Position numbers and translations under genes: made by a program | In this document: positions 48,501 to 59,900 of the stretch, piece after piece | Layout of the letters: each line of letters begins with the position of its first letter | How positions within the stretch are numbered: the stretch's first letter is position 1 | The notes under the pieces: generated by a model | Told to the model about the DNA's origin: nothing | The model's input: the letters and a program-made list of their open reading frames with translations, nothing else | Database searches by the model: none | Source: Eledone cirrhosa | Lineage: Eukaryota | Assembly (NCBI GenBank): GCA_964016885.1 | Contig: OZ024743.1 | Location: 132,370,001-132,434,000 of the forward strand | Direction: 5' to 3' | Length of the DNA: 64,000 nt

Positions 48501-51500
48501 TTTGCTGTTTGGTGTTTGGTGTTTGGTGTTTGGTGTTTGCTTTTTGCTGTTTGGTGTCTGCTTTTTGGTGTTTGGTGTTTGCTGTATGGTGTTTGCTGTT
48601 TCGTGTTTATTGTTTGGTGCTTGGTACTTGGGGCTTGGTGTTTGGTGCTTGTTGCTTGGTGCTTCGTATTTGGTGTTTGGTGCTTGGTGCTTGGTGTTTG
48701 GTGCTTGGTGCTTGGTGCTTGTTGTTTGGTGTTTGGTGTTTGGTGTTTGGTGCTTGGTGCTTGTTGTTTGTTGCTTGGTGCTTGGTGTTTCGTGCTGCGT
48801 GTTTGGTGTTTGGTGCTTGGTGCTTGGTGCTTGGTGCTTGGTGTTTGGTGATTGGTGCTTGGTGTTTGGTGCTTGGAGCTTGGTGCTTGGTGTTTGGTGC
48901 TTAGTGCTTAGTGCTTGGTGCTTGGTGCTTGGTGTTTGGTGTTTGCTGTTAGCTGTTTGCTGTTTGCTGTTTGCTGTTTGGTGTTTGGTGTTTGGTGTTT
49001 GGTGTTTGCAGTTTGGTGCTTTGTGTTTGGTGCTTGGTGCTTGGTGTTTTGTGTTTGGTGCTTGGTGCTTGGGGCTTGGTGTTTGGTGCTTGGTGCTTTG
49101 TTCTTGGTGCTTGGTGTTTGGTGTTTGGTGTTTGGTGTTTGGTGCTTGGTGTTTGGTGCTTGGTGCTGGGTGTTTGGTGCTTGGTGCTTGGTGCATGGTG
49201 CTTGGTGCTTGGTGTTTGTCGCTTGGTGCTTGGTTCTTGGTGTTTGGTGCTTGGTGTTTGGTGTTTAGTGCTTGGTGCTTGGTGCTTGGTGTTTGGTGTT
49301 TGCTGTTTGCTGTTTGGTGTTTGGTGTTTGCTCTTTGCTGTTTGGTGTCTGCTTTTTGGTGTTTGGTGGTTGCTGTATGGTGTTTGCTGTTTCATATTTG
49401 GAGTTTGCTGTTTGCTGTTTGGTGTTTCCTATTTGCTGTTTGGTGTTTGGTGCTTGGTGCTTGGTGCTTGGTGTTTGGTGTTTGGTGCTTGGTGCCTGGT
49501 GCTTGTTGTTTGGTGTTTGGTGCTTGGGGCTTGATGTTTGGTGTTTGGTGCTTGGTGTCTGGTGTTTGGTGCTTGGTGTTTGGTGTTTGGTGCTTGGTGC
49601 TTGGTGTTTGGTGTTTGATGCTTGGTGCTTGGTGTTTGGTGCTTGGTGCTTGGTGTTTGGTTTTTGGTGCTTGGTGCTTGGTGTTTGGTGCTTGGTGCTT
49701 GGTGCTTGGTGTTTGGTGCTTGGTGCTTGGTGTTTGGTGCTTGGTTCTTGGTGTTTGGTGCTTGCTGTTTGGTGCTTGGTGCTTGGTGTTTGGTGCTTGG
49801 TGCTTTGTGCTTGGTGGTTGGTGTTAGGTGTTTGGTGCTTGGTGCATGGTGTTTTGTGCTTCGTGCTTGGTGCTTGGTGTTTTGTGCTTGGTTCTTGGTG
49901 TTTGGTGCTTGGTGTTAGGTGCATGGTGCTTGGTGTTTGGTGCTTGGTGCTTGGTGTTTGGTGTTTGGTGCTTGGTGTTTGGTGCTTGGTGCTTGGTGTT
50001 AGGTGTTTGGTGCTTGGTGTTTGGTGTTTGGTGCTTCATGCTTGGTGCTTGGTGTTTGGTGCTTGGTGCTTGGTGTTTGGTGCTTGGTGCCTGGTGCATG
50101 GTGTTTGGTGCTTGATGCTTGGTGTTTGGTGTTTGGTGCTTGGTGTTTGGTGTTTGGTGCTTGGTGTTTGGTGCTTGGTGCTTGGTGCTTGGTGTTAGAT
50201 GTTAGGTGTTTGGTGCTTGGTGCTTGGTGTTTGGTGCTTGGTGCTTGGTGTTTGGTGTTTGTAGCTTGCTGCTTGCTGCTTGGTGTTTGGTGCTTGGTGA
50301 TTGGTGCTTGGTGTTTGGTGCTTGGTGTTTGGTGTTTGGTACTTGGGGCTTGGTGTTTGGTGCTTGGTGCTTCGTGCTTGCTGTTTGGTGCTAGGTGCTT
50401 GGTGTTTGGTGTTTGGTGCTTGGTGTTTGGTGCGTGGTGCTTGGTGCTGGGTGGTTGGCGTTCGGTGCTTGGTGCTTGGTGTTTGGTGCTTGGTGCTTGG
50501 TGTTTGGTGCTTGGTGCTTGGTTCTTGGTCTTTGGTGTTTGGTGTTTGGTGCTTGGTGCTTGGTGTTTGGTGCTTGGTGCTTGGTGATTAGTGTTTGGTA
50601 CTTGGTGCGTGGGGTTTGGTGTTTGGTGCTTGTTGTTTGGTGCTTGGTGCTTGGTGCTTGGTGTTTGGTGCTTGGTGTTTGCTGTTTGCTGTTTGGTGTT
50701 TGGTGTTTGGTGTTTGGTGTTTGCTGTTGGCTGTTTGGTGTCTGCTTTTTGGTGTTTGGTGTTTGCTGTATGGTGTTTGCTGTTTCGTGTTTATTGTTTG
50801 CTGTTTGGTGTTTGGTGTTTGGTGTTTGGTGTTTCCTTTTTGGTCTTTAGTCTTTGGTGCTTGGTGTTTGGTGCTTGGTGCTTGGTATTTGGTGTTTCGT
50901 GCTTGGTGCTGGTGTTTGGTGCTTGGTGCTTGGTGCTTGGTGTTTGGTGCTTGGTGCTTGGTGTTTCGTGCTGCATGCTTGGTGTTTGGTGCTTGGTGCT
51001 TGGTGCTTGGTGTTTGGTGTTTGATGCTTGGTGCTTGGTGCTTGGTGTTTGGTGTTTGGTGCTTGGTGTTTGGTGCTTGGTGCTTGGTGCTTGGTGTATG
51101 GTGCTTAGTGCTTGGTGTTTGGTGCTTGGTGCTTGGTGTTTGGTGTTTGCTGTTTGCTGTTTGGTGTTTGGTGTTTGGTGTTTCCTGTTTGGTCTTTAGT
51201 TTTTGGTGCTTGGTGTTTGGTGCTTGGTGCTTGGTATTTGGTGTTTGGTGCTTGGTGCTTGGTGTTTGGTGCTTGGTGCTTGGTGCTTGGTATTTGGTGT
51301 TTGGTGTTTGATGCTTGGTGTTTGATGCTTGCTGCTTCGTGCTTGGTGCTTGATGCTTGCTGTTTGTACTTGGTGCTTGGGTTTTTTGTGCTTGGTTCTT
51401 GGTGTTTGGTGCTTGGTGTTTGGTGCTTGGTGCTTGGTGTTTGGTGCTTGGTGTTTGGTGTTTGGTGCTTGGTGTTTGGTGCCTGGTGCTTGGTGCTTGG

Positions 51501-54500
51501 TGTTAGGTGTTTGGTGCTTCATGCTTGGTGCTTGGTGTTTGGTGCTTGGTGCTTGGTGTTTGGTGCTTGGTGCCTGGTGCAAGGTGTTTGTTGCTTGGTG
51601 CTTGGTGTTTGGTGTTTGGTGCTTGGTGTTTGGTGCTTGGTGCTTGGTGATTGGTGTTAGGTGTTAGGTGTTTGGTGCTTGGTGCTTGGTGTTTGGTGCT
51701 TGGTGCTTGGTGTTTGGTGTTTGGTGCTTGCTGCTTGCTGCTTGGTGTTTGGTGCTTGGTGATTGGTGCTTGGTGTTTGGTGCTTGGTGCTTGGTTTGGT
51801 GTTTGGTGCTAGGTGCTTGGTGCTTGGTGCTTGGTGTTTGGTGCTTGGTGTTTGGTGCTTGGTACTTGGGGCTTGGTGTTTGGTGCTTGGTGCTTCGTGC
51901 TTGGTGTTTGCTGCTTGGTGCTTGGTGTTTGGTGCTTGGTCTTTGGTGCTTGGTGTTTGGTGCTTGGTGCTTGGTGCTTGGTCTTAGGTGTTAGGTGTTT
52001 GGTGCTTGGTGCTTGGTGTTTGGTGCTTGGTGCTTGTTTTTGGTGTTTGGTGCTTGCTGCTTGCTGCTTGGTGTTTGGTGCTTGGTGATTGGTGCTTGGT
52101 GTTTGGTGCTTGATGCTTGGTTTGGTGTTTGGTTCTAGGTGCTTGGTGCTTGGTGCTTGGTGCTTGGTGCTGGGTGGTTGGCGTTCGGTGCTTGGTGCTT
52201 GGTGTTTGGTGCTTGGTGCTTGATGCTTGGTGCTTGGTGCTTGGTGTTTGGTGCTTGGTGCTTGGTGCTTGGTCTTTGGTGCTTGGTGTTTGGTGTTTGG
52301 TGCTTGGTGCTTGGTGTTTGGTGCTTGGTGCTTGGTGATTAGTGTTTGGTGCTTGGTGCTTGGGGTTTGGTGTTTGGTGCTTGGTGCTTGGTGTTTGGTG
52401 CTTGGTGCTTGGTGTTTGGTGCTTGGTGTTTGGTGTTTGCTGTTTGGTGTTTGGTGTTTGGTGTTTGCTGTTTGCTGTTTGGTGTCTGCTTTTTGGTGTT
52501 TGGTGTTTGCTGTATGGTGTTTGCTGTTTCGTGTTTATTGTTTGCTGTTTGGTGTTTGGTGTTTGGTGTTTGGTGTTTCCTGTTTGGTCTTTAGTTTTTG
52601 GTGCTTGGTGTTTGGTGCTTGGTGCTTGGTATTTGGTGTTTGGTGCTTCGTGCTTGGTGCTTGGTGTTTCGTGCTGCGTGCTTGGTGTTTGGTGTTTGGT
52701 GCTTGGTGCTTGGTGTTTGGTGTTTGGTGTTTGATGCTTGGTGCTTGGTGTTTGGTGTTTGGTGCTTGGTGTTTGGTGCTTGGTGCTTGGTGCTTGGTGT
52801 TTGGTGCTTAGTGCTTAGTGCTTGGTGCTTGGTGCTTGGTGTTTGGTGTTTACTGTTTGCTGTTTGCTGTTTGGTGTTTGCTGTTTGGTGCTTGCTGTTT
52901 GGTGCTTGGTGTTTGGTGCTTGGTGTTTTGTGTTTGGCGCTTGGTGCTTGGTGTTTGGTGCTTGGTGCTTGGTTCTTGGTGCCTGGTGTTTGGTGTTTTG
53001 GTGTTTGGTGCTTGGTGTTTCGTGCTTGGTGCTTGGTGCTGGGTGTTTGGTGCTTGGTGCTTGGTGTTTGGTGCATGGTGCTTGGTGTTGGTTTTTGTCT
53101 CTTGGTGCTTGGTACTTGGTGTTTGGTGCTTGGTGTTTGGTGTTTGGTGCTTGGTGCTTGGTGCTTGGTGTTTGGTGTTTGCTGTTTGCTGTTTGGTGTT
53201 TGCTGTTTGCTGTTTGCTGTTTGGTGTCTGCTTTTTGGTGTTTGGTGTTTGCTGTATGGTGTTTGCTGTTTCATGTTTGGAGTTTGCTGTTTGCTGTTTG
53301 GTTTTTCCTGTTTGCTGTTTGGTGTTTGGTGCTTGGTGCTTGGTACTTGATGTTTGGTGTTTGGTGCTTGGTGTCTGGTATTTGGTGCTTGGTGTTTAGT
53401 GTTTGGTGCTTGGTGCTTGGTGTTTGGTGTTTGGTGCTTGGTGCTTGGTGTTTGGTGTTTGTTGCTAGGTGTTTCGTGTTTGGTGCTTGGTGCTTGGTGT
53501 TTGGTGCTTGGTGCTTGGTGTTTTGTGTTTGGTGTTTGGTGCTTGGTGTTTGGTGTTTGGTGTTTGATGCTTGGTGTTTGATGCTTGGTGCTTGGTGCTT
53601 GGTGCTTGGTGTTTGGTGCTTCGTGCTTGGTGTTTGTACTTGGTGCTTGGTGCTTGGTGTTTGGCGCTTGGTTCTTGGTGTTTGGTGCTTGGTGTTTGGT
53701 GCTTGGTGCTTGGTGCTTGGTGTTTGGTGTTTGGTGCTTGGTGTTTGGTGCTTGGTGCTTTGTGCTTGGTGGATGGTGTTAGGTGTTTGGTGCTTGGTGC
53801 TTGGTGTTTTGTGCTTCGTGCTTGGTGCTTGGTGTTTGGTGCTTGGTGTTTGGTGCTTGGTGCCTGGTGCTTGGTGTTTGGTGCTTTGTGCTTGGTGATT
53901 GGTGCTTGGTGCTTGGTGTTTGGTGTTTGGTGCTTGGAGCTTGGTGTTTGGTGATGCGTGCTTGGTGCTTGGTGCTTCGTGCTTGGTGTTTTGTGTTTGG
54001 TGTTTGATGCTTGGTGTTTGGTGTTTGGTGCTTGGTGCTTGGTGTTTGGTGTTTGATGCTTGGTGCTTGATGCTTGGTGCTTGGTGCTTGGTGTTTGGTG
54101 CTTGGTGCTTGGTGTTTGTACTTGGTGCTTTGTGCTTGGTGTTTGGTGCTTGGTGTTTGGTGCTTGGTGCTTGGTGCTTGGTGCTTGGTGTTTGGTGTTT
54201 GGTGCTTGGTGTTTGGTGCTTGGTGCTTGGTGCTTGGTGTTTGGTGCTTGGTGCTTGGTGCTTGGTGTTAGGTGTTTGGTGCTTCATGCTTGGTGCTTGG
54301 TGTTTGGTGCTTGGTGATTGGTGTTTGGTGCTTGATGCCTGGTGTTTGGTGTTTGGTGCTTGCTGCTTGCTGCTTGGTGTTTGGTGCTTGGTGATTGGTG
54401 CTTGGTGTTTGGTGCTTGGTGCTTGGTGTTTGGTGTTTGGTGCTAGGTGCTTGGTGCTTGGTGCTTGGTGCTGGGTGGTTGGTGTTTGGTGCTTGGTGTT

Positions 54501-56950
54501 TGGTGTTTGGTGCTTGGTGTTTGGTGCTTGGTGCTTGGTGCTGGGTGGTTGGCGTTCGGTGCTTGGTGCTTGGTGTTTGGTGCTTGGTGCTTGGTGTTTG
54601 GTGCTTGGTGTTTGGTGTTTGCTGTTTGGTGTTTGGCGTTTGGTGTTTGGTGTTTGCTTTTTGCTGTTTGGTGTCTACTTTTTGGTGTTTGGTGTTTGCT
54701 GTATGGTGTTTGCTGTTTCGTGTTTATTGTTTGGTGCTTAGTACTTGGGGCTTGGTGTTTGGTGCTTGGTGCTTGGTGCTTCGTATTTGGTGTTTGGTGC
54801 TTGGTGCTTGGTGTTTGGTGCTTGGTGCTTGGTGCTTGTTGTTTGGTGTTTGGTGTTTGGTGTTTGGTGCTTGGTGCTTGGTGTTTGGTGCTTGGTGCTT
54901 GGTGTTTCGTGCTGCGTGTTTGGTGTTTGGTGCTTGGTGCTTGGTGCTTGGTGCTTGGTGTTTGGTGATTGGTGCTTGGTGTTTGGTGCTTGGTGCTTGG
55001 TGTTTGGTGCTTGGTGCTTGGTGCAGGTGTTTGGTGCTTAGTGCTTAGTGCTTGGTGCTTGGTGCTTGGTGTTTGGTGTTTGCTGTTAGCTGTTTGCTGT
55101 TTGCTGTTTGCTGTTTGCTGTTTGCTGTTTGGTGTTTGGGGTTTGGTGTTTGCAGTTTGGTGCTTTGTGTTAGGTGCTTGGTGCTTGGTGTTTTGTGTTT
55201 GGTGCTTGGTGCTTGGGGCTTGGTGTTTGGTGCTTGGTGCTTTGTTCTTGGTGCTTGGTGTTTGGTGTTTGGTGTTTGGTGCTTGGTGTTTGGTGCTTGG
55301 TGCTGGGTGTTTGGTGCTTGGTGCTTGGTGCATGGTGCTTGGTGCTTGGTGTTTGTCGCTTGGTGCTTGGTGCTTGGTGTTTGGTGCTTGGTGTTTGGTG
55401 TTTGGTGCTTGGTGCTTGGTGCTTGGTGTTTGGTGTTTGCTGTTTGCTGTTTGGTGTTTGGTGTTTGCTCTTTGCTGTTTGGTGTCTGCTTTTTGGTGTT
55501 TGGTGGTTGCTGTATGGTGTTTGCTGTTTCATATTTGGAGTTTGCTGTTTGCTGTTTGGTGTTTGGTGCTTGGTGCTTGGTGTTTGGTGTTTGGTGCTTG
55601 GTGCCTGGTGCTTGTTGTTTGGTGTTTGGTGCTTGGGGCTTGATGTTTGGTGTTTGGTGCTTGGTGTCTGGTGTTTGGTGCTTGGTGTTTGGTGTTTGGT
55701 GCTTGGTGCTTGGTGCTTGGTGTTTGGTGCTTGGTTCTTGGTGTTTGGTGTTTGGTGCTTGGTGTTTGGTTTTTTGTGCTTGGTGCTTGGTGTTTGGTGC
55801 TTGGTGCTTGGTGCTTGGTGTTTGGTGCTTGGTGCTTGGTGTTTGGTGCTTGGTTCTTGGTGTTTGGTGCTTGGTGTTTGGTGCTTGGTGCTTGGTGTTT
55901 GGTGCTTGGTGCTTTGTGCTTGGTGGTTGGTGTTAGGTGTTTGGTGCTTGGTGCATGGTGTTTTGTGCTTCGTGCTTGGTGCTTGGTGTTTGGTGCTTGG
56001 TGCTTGGTGTTTGGTGCTTGGTGCCTGGTGCTTGGTGTTTGGTGCTTGGTGCTTGGTGTTTTGTGCTTGGTTCTTGGTGTTTGGTGCTTGGTGTTAGGTG
56101 CATGGTGCTTGGTGTTTGGTGCTTGGTGCTTGGTGTTTGGTGTTTGGTGCTTGGTGTTTGGTGCTTGGTGCTTGGTGTTAGGTGTTTGGTGCTTGGTGTT
56201 TGGTGTTTGGTGCTTCATGCTTGGTGCTTGGTGTTTGGTGCTTGGTGCTTGGTGTTTGGTGCTTGGTGCCTGGTGCATGGTGTTTGGTGCTTGATGCTTG
56301 GTGTTTGGTGTTTGGTGCTTGGTGTTTGGTGTTTGGTGCTTGGTGTTTGGTGCTTGGTGCTTGGTGCTTGGTGTTAGATGTTAGGTGTTTGGTGCTTGGT
56401 GCTTGGTGTTTGGTGCTTGGTGCTTGGTGTTTGGTGTTTGGTGCTTGCTGCTTGCTGCTTGGTGTTTGGTGCTTGGTGATTGGTGCTTGGTGTTTGGTGC
56501 TTGGTGTTTGGTGCTTGGTACTTGGGGCTTGGTGTTTGGTGCTTGGTGCTTCGTGCTTGCTGTTTGGTGCTAGGTGCTTGGTGTTTGGTGTTTGGTGCTT
56601 GGTGTTTGGTGCGTGGTGCTTGGTGCTGGGTGGTTGGCGTTCGGTGCTTGGTGCTTGGTGTTTGGTGCTTGATGCTTGGTGTTTGGTGCTTGGTGCTTGG
56701 TTCTTGGTCTTTGGTGTTTGGTGTTTGGTGCTTGGTGCTTGGTGTTTGGTGCTTGGTGCTTGGTGATTAGTGTTTGGTACTTGGTGCGTGGGGTTTGGTG
56801 TTTGGTGCTTGTTGTTTGGTGCTTGGTGCTTGGTGCTTGGTGTTTGGTGCTTGGTGTTTGCTGTTTGCTGTTTGGTGTTTGGTGTTTGGTGTTTGGTGTT
56901 TGCTGTTGGCTGTTTGGTGTCTGCTTTTTGGTGTTTGGTGTTTGCTGTAT
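45190..56950 (+). repeat. Older higher-order tandem duplication, period ~6.1-6.2 kb (2 copies, more diverged)
   Basis: ORF offsets 6090 (45239/51329, 45578/51668), 6145 (47209/53354), 6173 (48222/54395) and 6179 (50003/56182, 50591/56770). Markers GATGGTG, ATGCGTG, TTAGATG and TTTGCAG. Confidence 0.88.
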
Positions 56951-59900
56951 GGTGTTTGCTGTTTCATGTTTGGAGTTTGCTGTTTGCTGTTTGGTTTTTC
57001 CTGTTTGCTGTTTGGTGTTTGGTGCTTGGTGCTTGGTACTTGATGTTTGGTGTTTGGTGCTTGGTGTCTGGTATTTGGTGCTTGGTGTTTAGTGTTTGGT
57101 GCTTGGTGCTTGGTGTTTGGTGTTTGGTGCTTGGTGCTTGGTGTTTGGTGTTTGTTGCTAGGTGTTTCGTGTTTGGTGCTTGGTGCTTGGTGTTTGGTGC
57201 TTGGTGCTTGGTGTTTTGTGTTTGGTGTTTGGTGCTTGGTGTTTGGTGTTTGGTGTTTGATGCTTGGTGTTTGATGCTTGGTGCTTGGTGCTTGGTGCTT
57301 GGTGTTTGGTGCTTGGTGCTTGGTGTTTGTACTTGGTGCTTGGTGCTTGGTGTTTGGCGCTTGGTTCTTGGTGTTTGGTGCTTGGTGTTTGGTGCTTGGT
57401 GCTTGGTGCTTGGTGTTTGGTGTTTGGTGCTTGGTGTTTGGTGCTTGGTGCTTTGTGCTTGGTGGATGGTGTTAGGTGTTTGGTGCTTGGTGCTTGGTGT
57501 TTTGTGCTTCGTGCTTGGTGCTTGGTGTTTGGTGCTTGGTGTTTGGTGCTTGGTGCCTGGTGCTTGGTGTTTGGTGCTTTGTGCTTGGTGATTGGTGCTT
57601 GGTGCTTGGTGTTTGGTGTTTGGTGCTTGGAGCTTGGTGTTTGGTGATGCGTGCTTGGTGCTTGGTGCTTCGTGCTTGGTGTTTTGTGTTTGGTGTTTGA
57701 TGCTTGGTGTTTGGTGTTTGGTGCTTGGTGCTTGGTGTTTGGTGTTTGATGCTTGGTGCTTGATGCTTGGTGCTTGGTGCTTGGTGTTTGGTGCTTGGTG
57801 CTTGGTGTTTGTACTTGGTGCTTTGTGCTTGGTGTTTGGTGCTTGGTGTTTGGTGCTTGGTGCTTGGTGCTTGGTGCTTGGTGTTTGGTGTTTGGTGCTT
57901 GGTGTTTGGTGCTTGGTGCTTGGTGCTTGGTGTTTGGTGCTTGGTGCTTGGTGCTTGGTGTTAGGTGTTTGGTGCTTCATGCTTGGTGCTTGGTGTTTGG
58001 TGCTTGGTGATTGGTGTTTGGTGCTTGATGCCTGGTGTTTGGTGTTTGGTGCTTGCTGCTTGCTGCTTGGTGTTTGGTGCTTGGTGATTGGTGCTTGGTG
58101 TTTGGTGCTTGGTGCTTGGTGTTTGGTGTTTGGTGCTAGGTGCTTGGTGCTTGGTGCTTGGTGTTTGGTGCTTGGTATTTGGTGCTTGGTACTTGGGGCT
58201 TGGCGTTTGGTGCTTGGTGCTTCGTGCTTGGTGTTTGGTGCTTGGTGTTTGGTGTTTGGTGCTTGGTGTTTGGTGCTTGGTGCTTGGTGCTGGGTGGTTG
58301 GCGTTCGGTGCTTGGTGCTTGGTGTTTGGTGCTTGGTGCTTGGTGTTTGGTGCTTGGTGTTTGGTGTTTGCTGTTTGGTGTTTGGTGTTTGGTGTTTGGT
58401 GTTTGCTTTTTGCTGTTTGGTGTCTACTTTTTGGTGTTTGGTGTTTGCTGTATGGTGTTTGCTGTTTCGTGTTTATTGTTTGGTGCTTGGTACTTGGGGC
58501 TTGGTGTTTGGTGCTTGGTGCTTGGTGCTTCGTATTTGGTGTTTGGTGCTTGGTGCTTGGTGTTTGGTGCTTGGTGCTTGGTGCTTGTTGTTTGGTGTTT
58601 GGTGTTTGGTGTTTGGTGCTTGGTGCTTGGTGTTTGGTGCTTGGTGCTTGGTGTTTCGTGCTGCGTGTTTGGTGTTTGGTGCTTGGTGCTTGGTGCTTGG
58701 TGCTTGGTGTTTGGTGATTGGTGCTTGGTGTTTGGTGCTTGGTGCTTGGTGTTTGGTGCTTGGTGCTTGGTGCAGGTGTTTGGTGCTTAGTGCTTAGTGC
58801 TTGGTGCTTGGTGCTTGGTGTTTGGTGTTTGCTGTTAGCTGTTTGCTGTTTGCTGTTTGCTGTTTGCTGTTTGCTGTTTGGTGTTTGGGGTTTGGTGTTT
58901 GCAGTTTGGTGCTTTGTGTTAGGTGCTTGGTGCTTGGTGTTTTGTGTTTGGTGCTTGGTGCTTGGGGCTTGGTGTTTGGTGCTTGGTGCTTTGTTCTTAG
59001 TGCTTGGTGTTTGGTGTTTGGTGTTTGGTGCTTGGTGTTTGGTGCTTGGTGCTGGGTGTTTGGTGCTTGGTGCTTGGTGCATGGTGCTTGGTGCTTGGTG
59101 TTTGTCGCTTGGTGCTTGGTGCTTGGTGTTTGGTGCTTGGTGTTTGGTGTTTGGTGCTTGGTGCTTGGTGCTTGGTGTTTGGTGTTTGCTGTTTGCTGTT
59201 TGGTGTTTGGTGTTTGCTCTTTGCTGTTTGGTGTCTGCTTTTTGGTGTTTGGTGGTTGCTGTATGGTGTTTGCTGTTTCATATTTGGAGTTTGCTGTTTG
59301 CTGTTTGGTGTTTGGTGCTTGGTGCTTGGTGTTTGGTGTTTGGTGCTTGGTGCCTGGTGCTTGTTGTTTGGTGTTTGGTGCTTGGGGCTTGATGTTTGGT
59401 GTTTGGTGCTTGGTGTCTGGTGTTTGGTGCTTGGTGTTTGGTGTTTGGTGCTTGGTGCTTGGTGCTTGGTGTTTGGTGCTTGGTGCTTGGTGCTTGGTGT
59501 TAGGTGTTTGGTGCTTCATGCTTGGTGCTTGGTGTTTGGTGCTTGGTGATTGGTGTTTGGTGCTTGATGCCTGGTGTTTGGTGTTTGGTGCTTGCTGCTT
59601 GCTGCTTGGTGTTTGGTGCTTGGTGATTGGTGCTTGGTGTTTGGTGCTTGGTGCTTGGTGTTTGGTGTTTGGTGCTAGGTGCTTGGTGCTTGGTGCTTGG
59701 TGTTTGGTGCTTGGTATTTGGTGCTTGGTACTTGGGGCTTGGCGTTTGGTGCTTGGTGCTTCGTGCTTGGTGTTTGGTGCTTGGTGTTTGGTGTTTGGTG
59801 CTTGGTGTTTGGTGCTTGGTGCTTGGTGCTGGGTGGTTGGCGTTCGGTGCTTGGTGCTTGGTGTTTGGTGCTTGGTGCTTGGTGTTTGGTGCTTGGTGTT

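Noticed and set aside
45567-52000. TTAGGTG doublets resembling canonical telomeric TTAGG/TTAGGG repeats
   Set aside because: These are single substitutions of TTTGGTG, never more than two in a row, and no canonical telomere tract is present.
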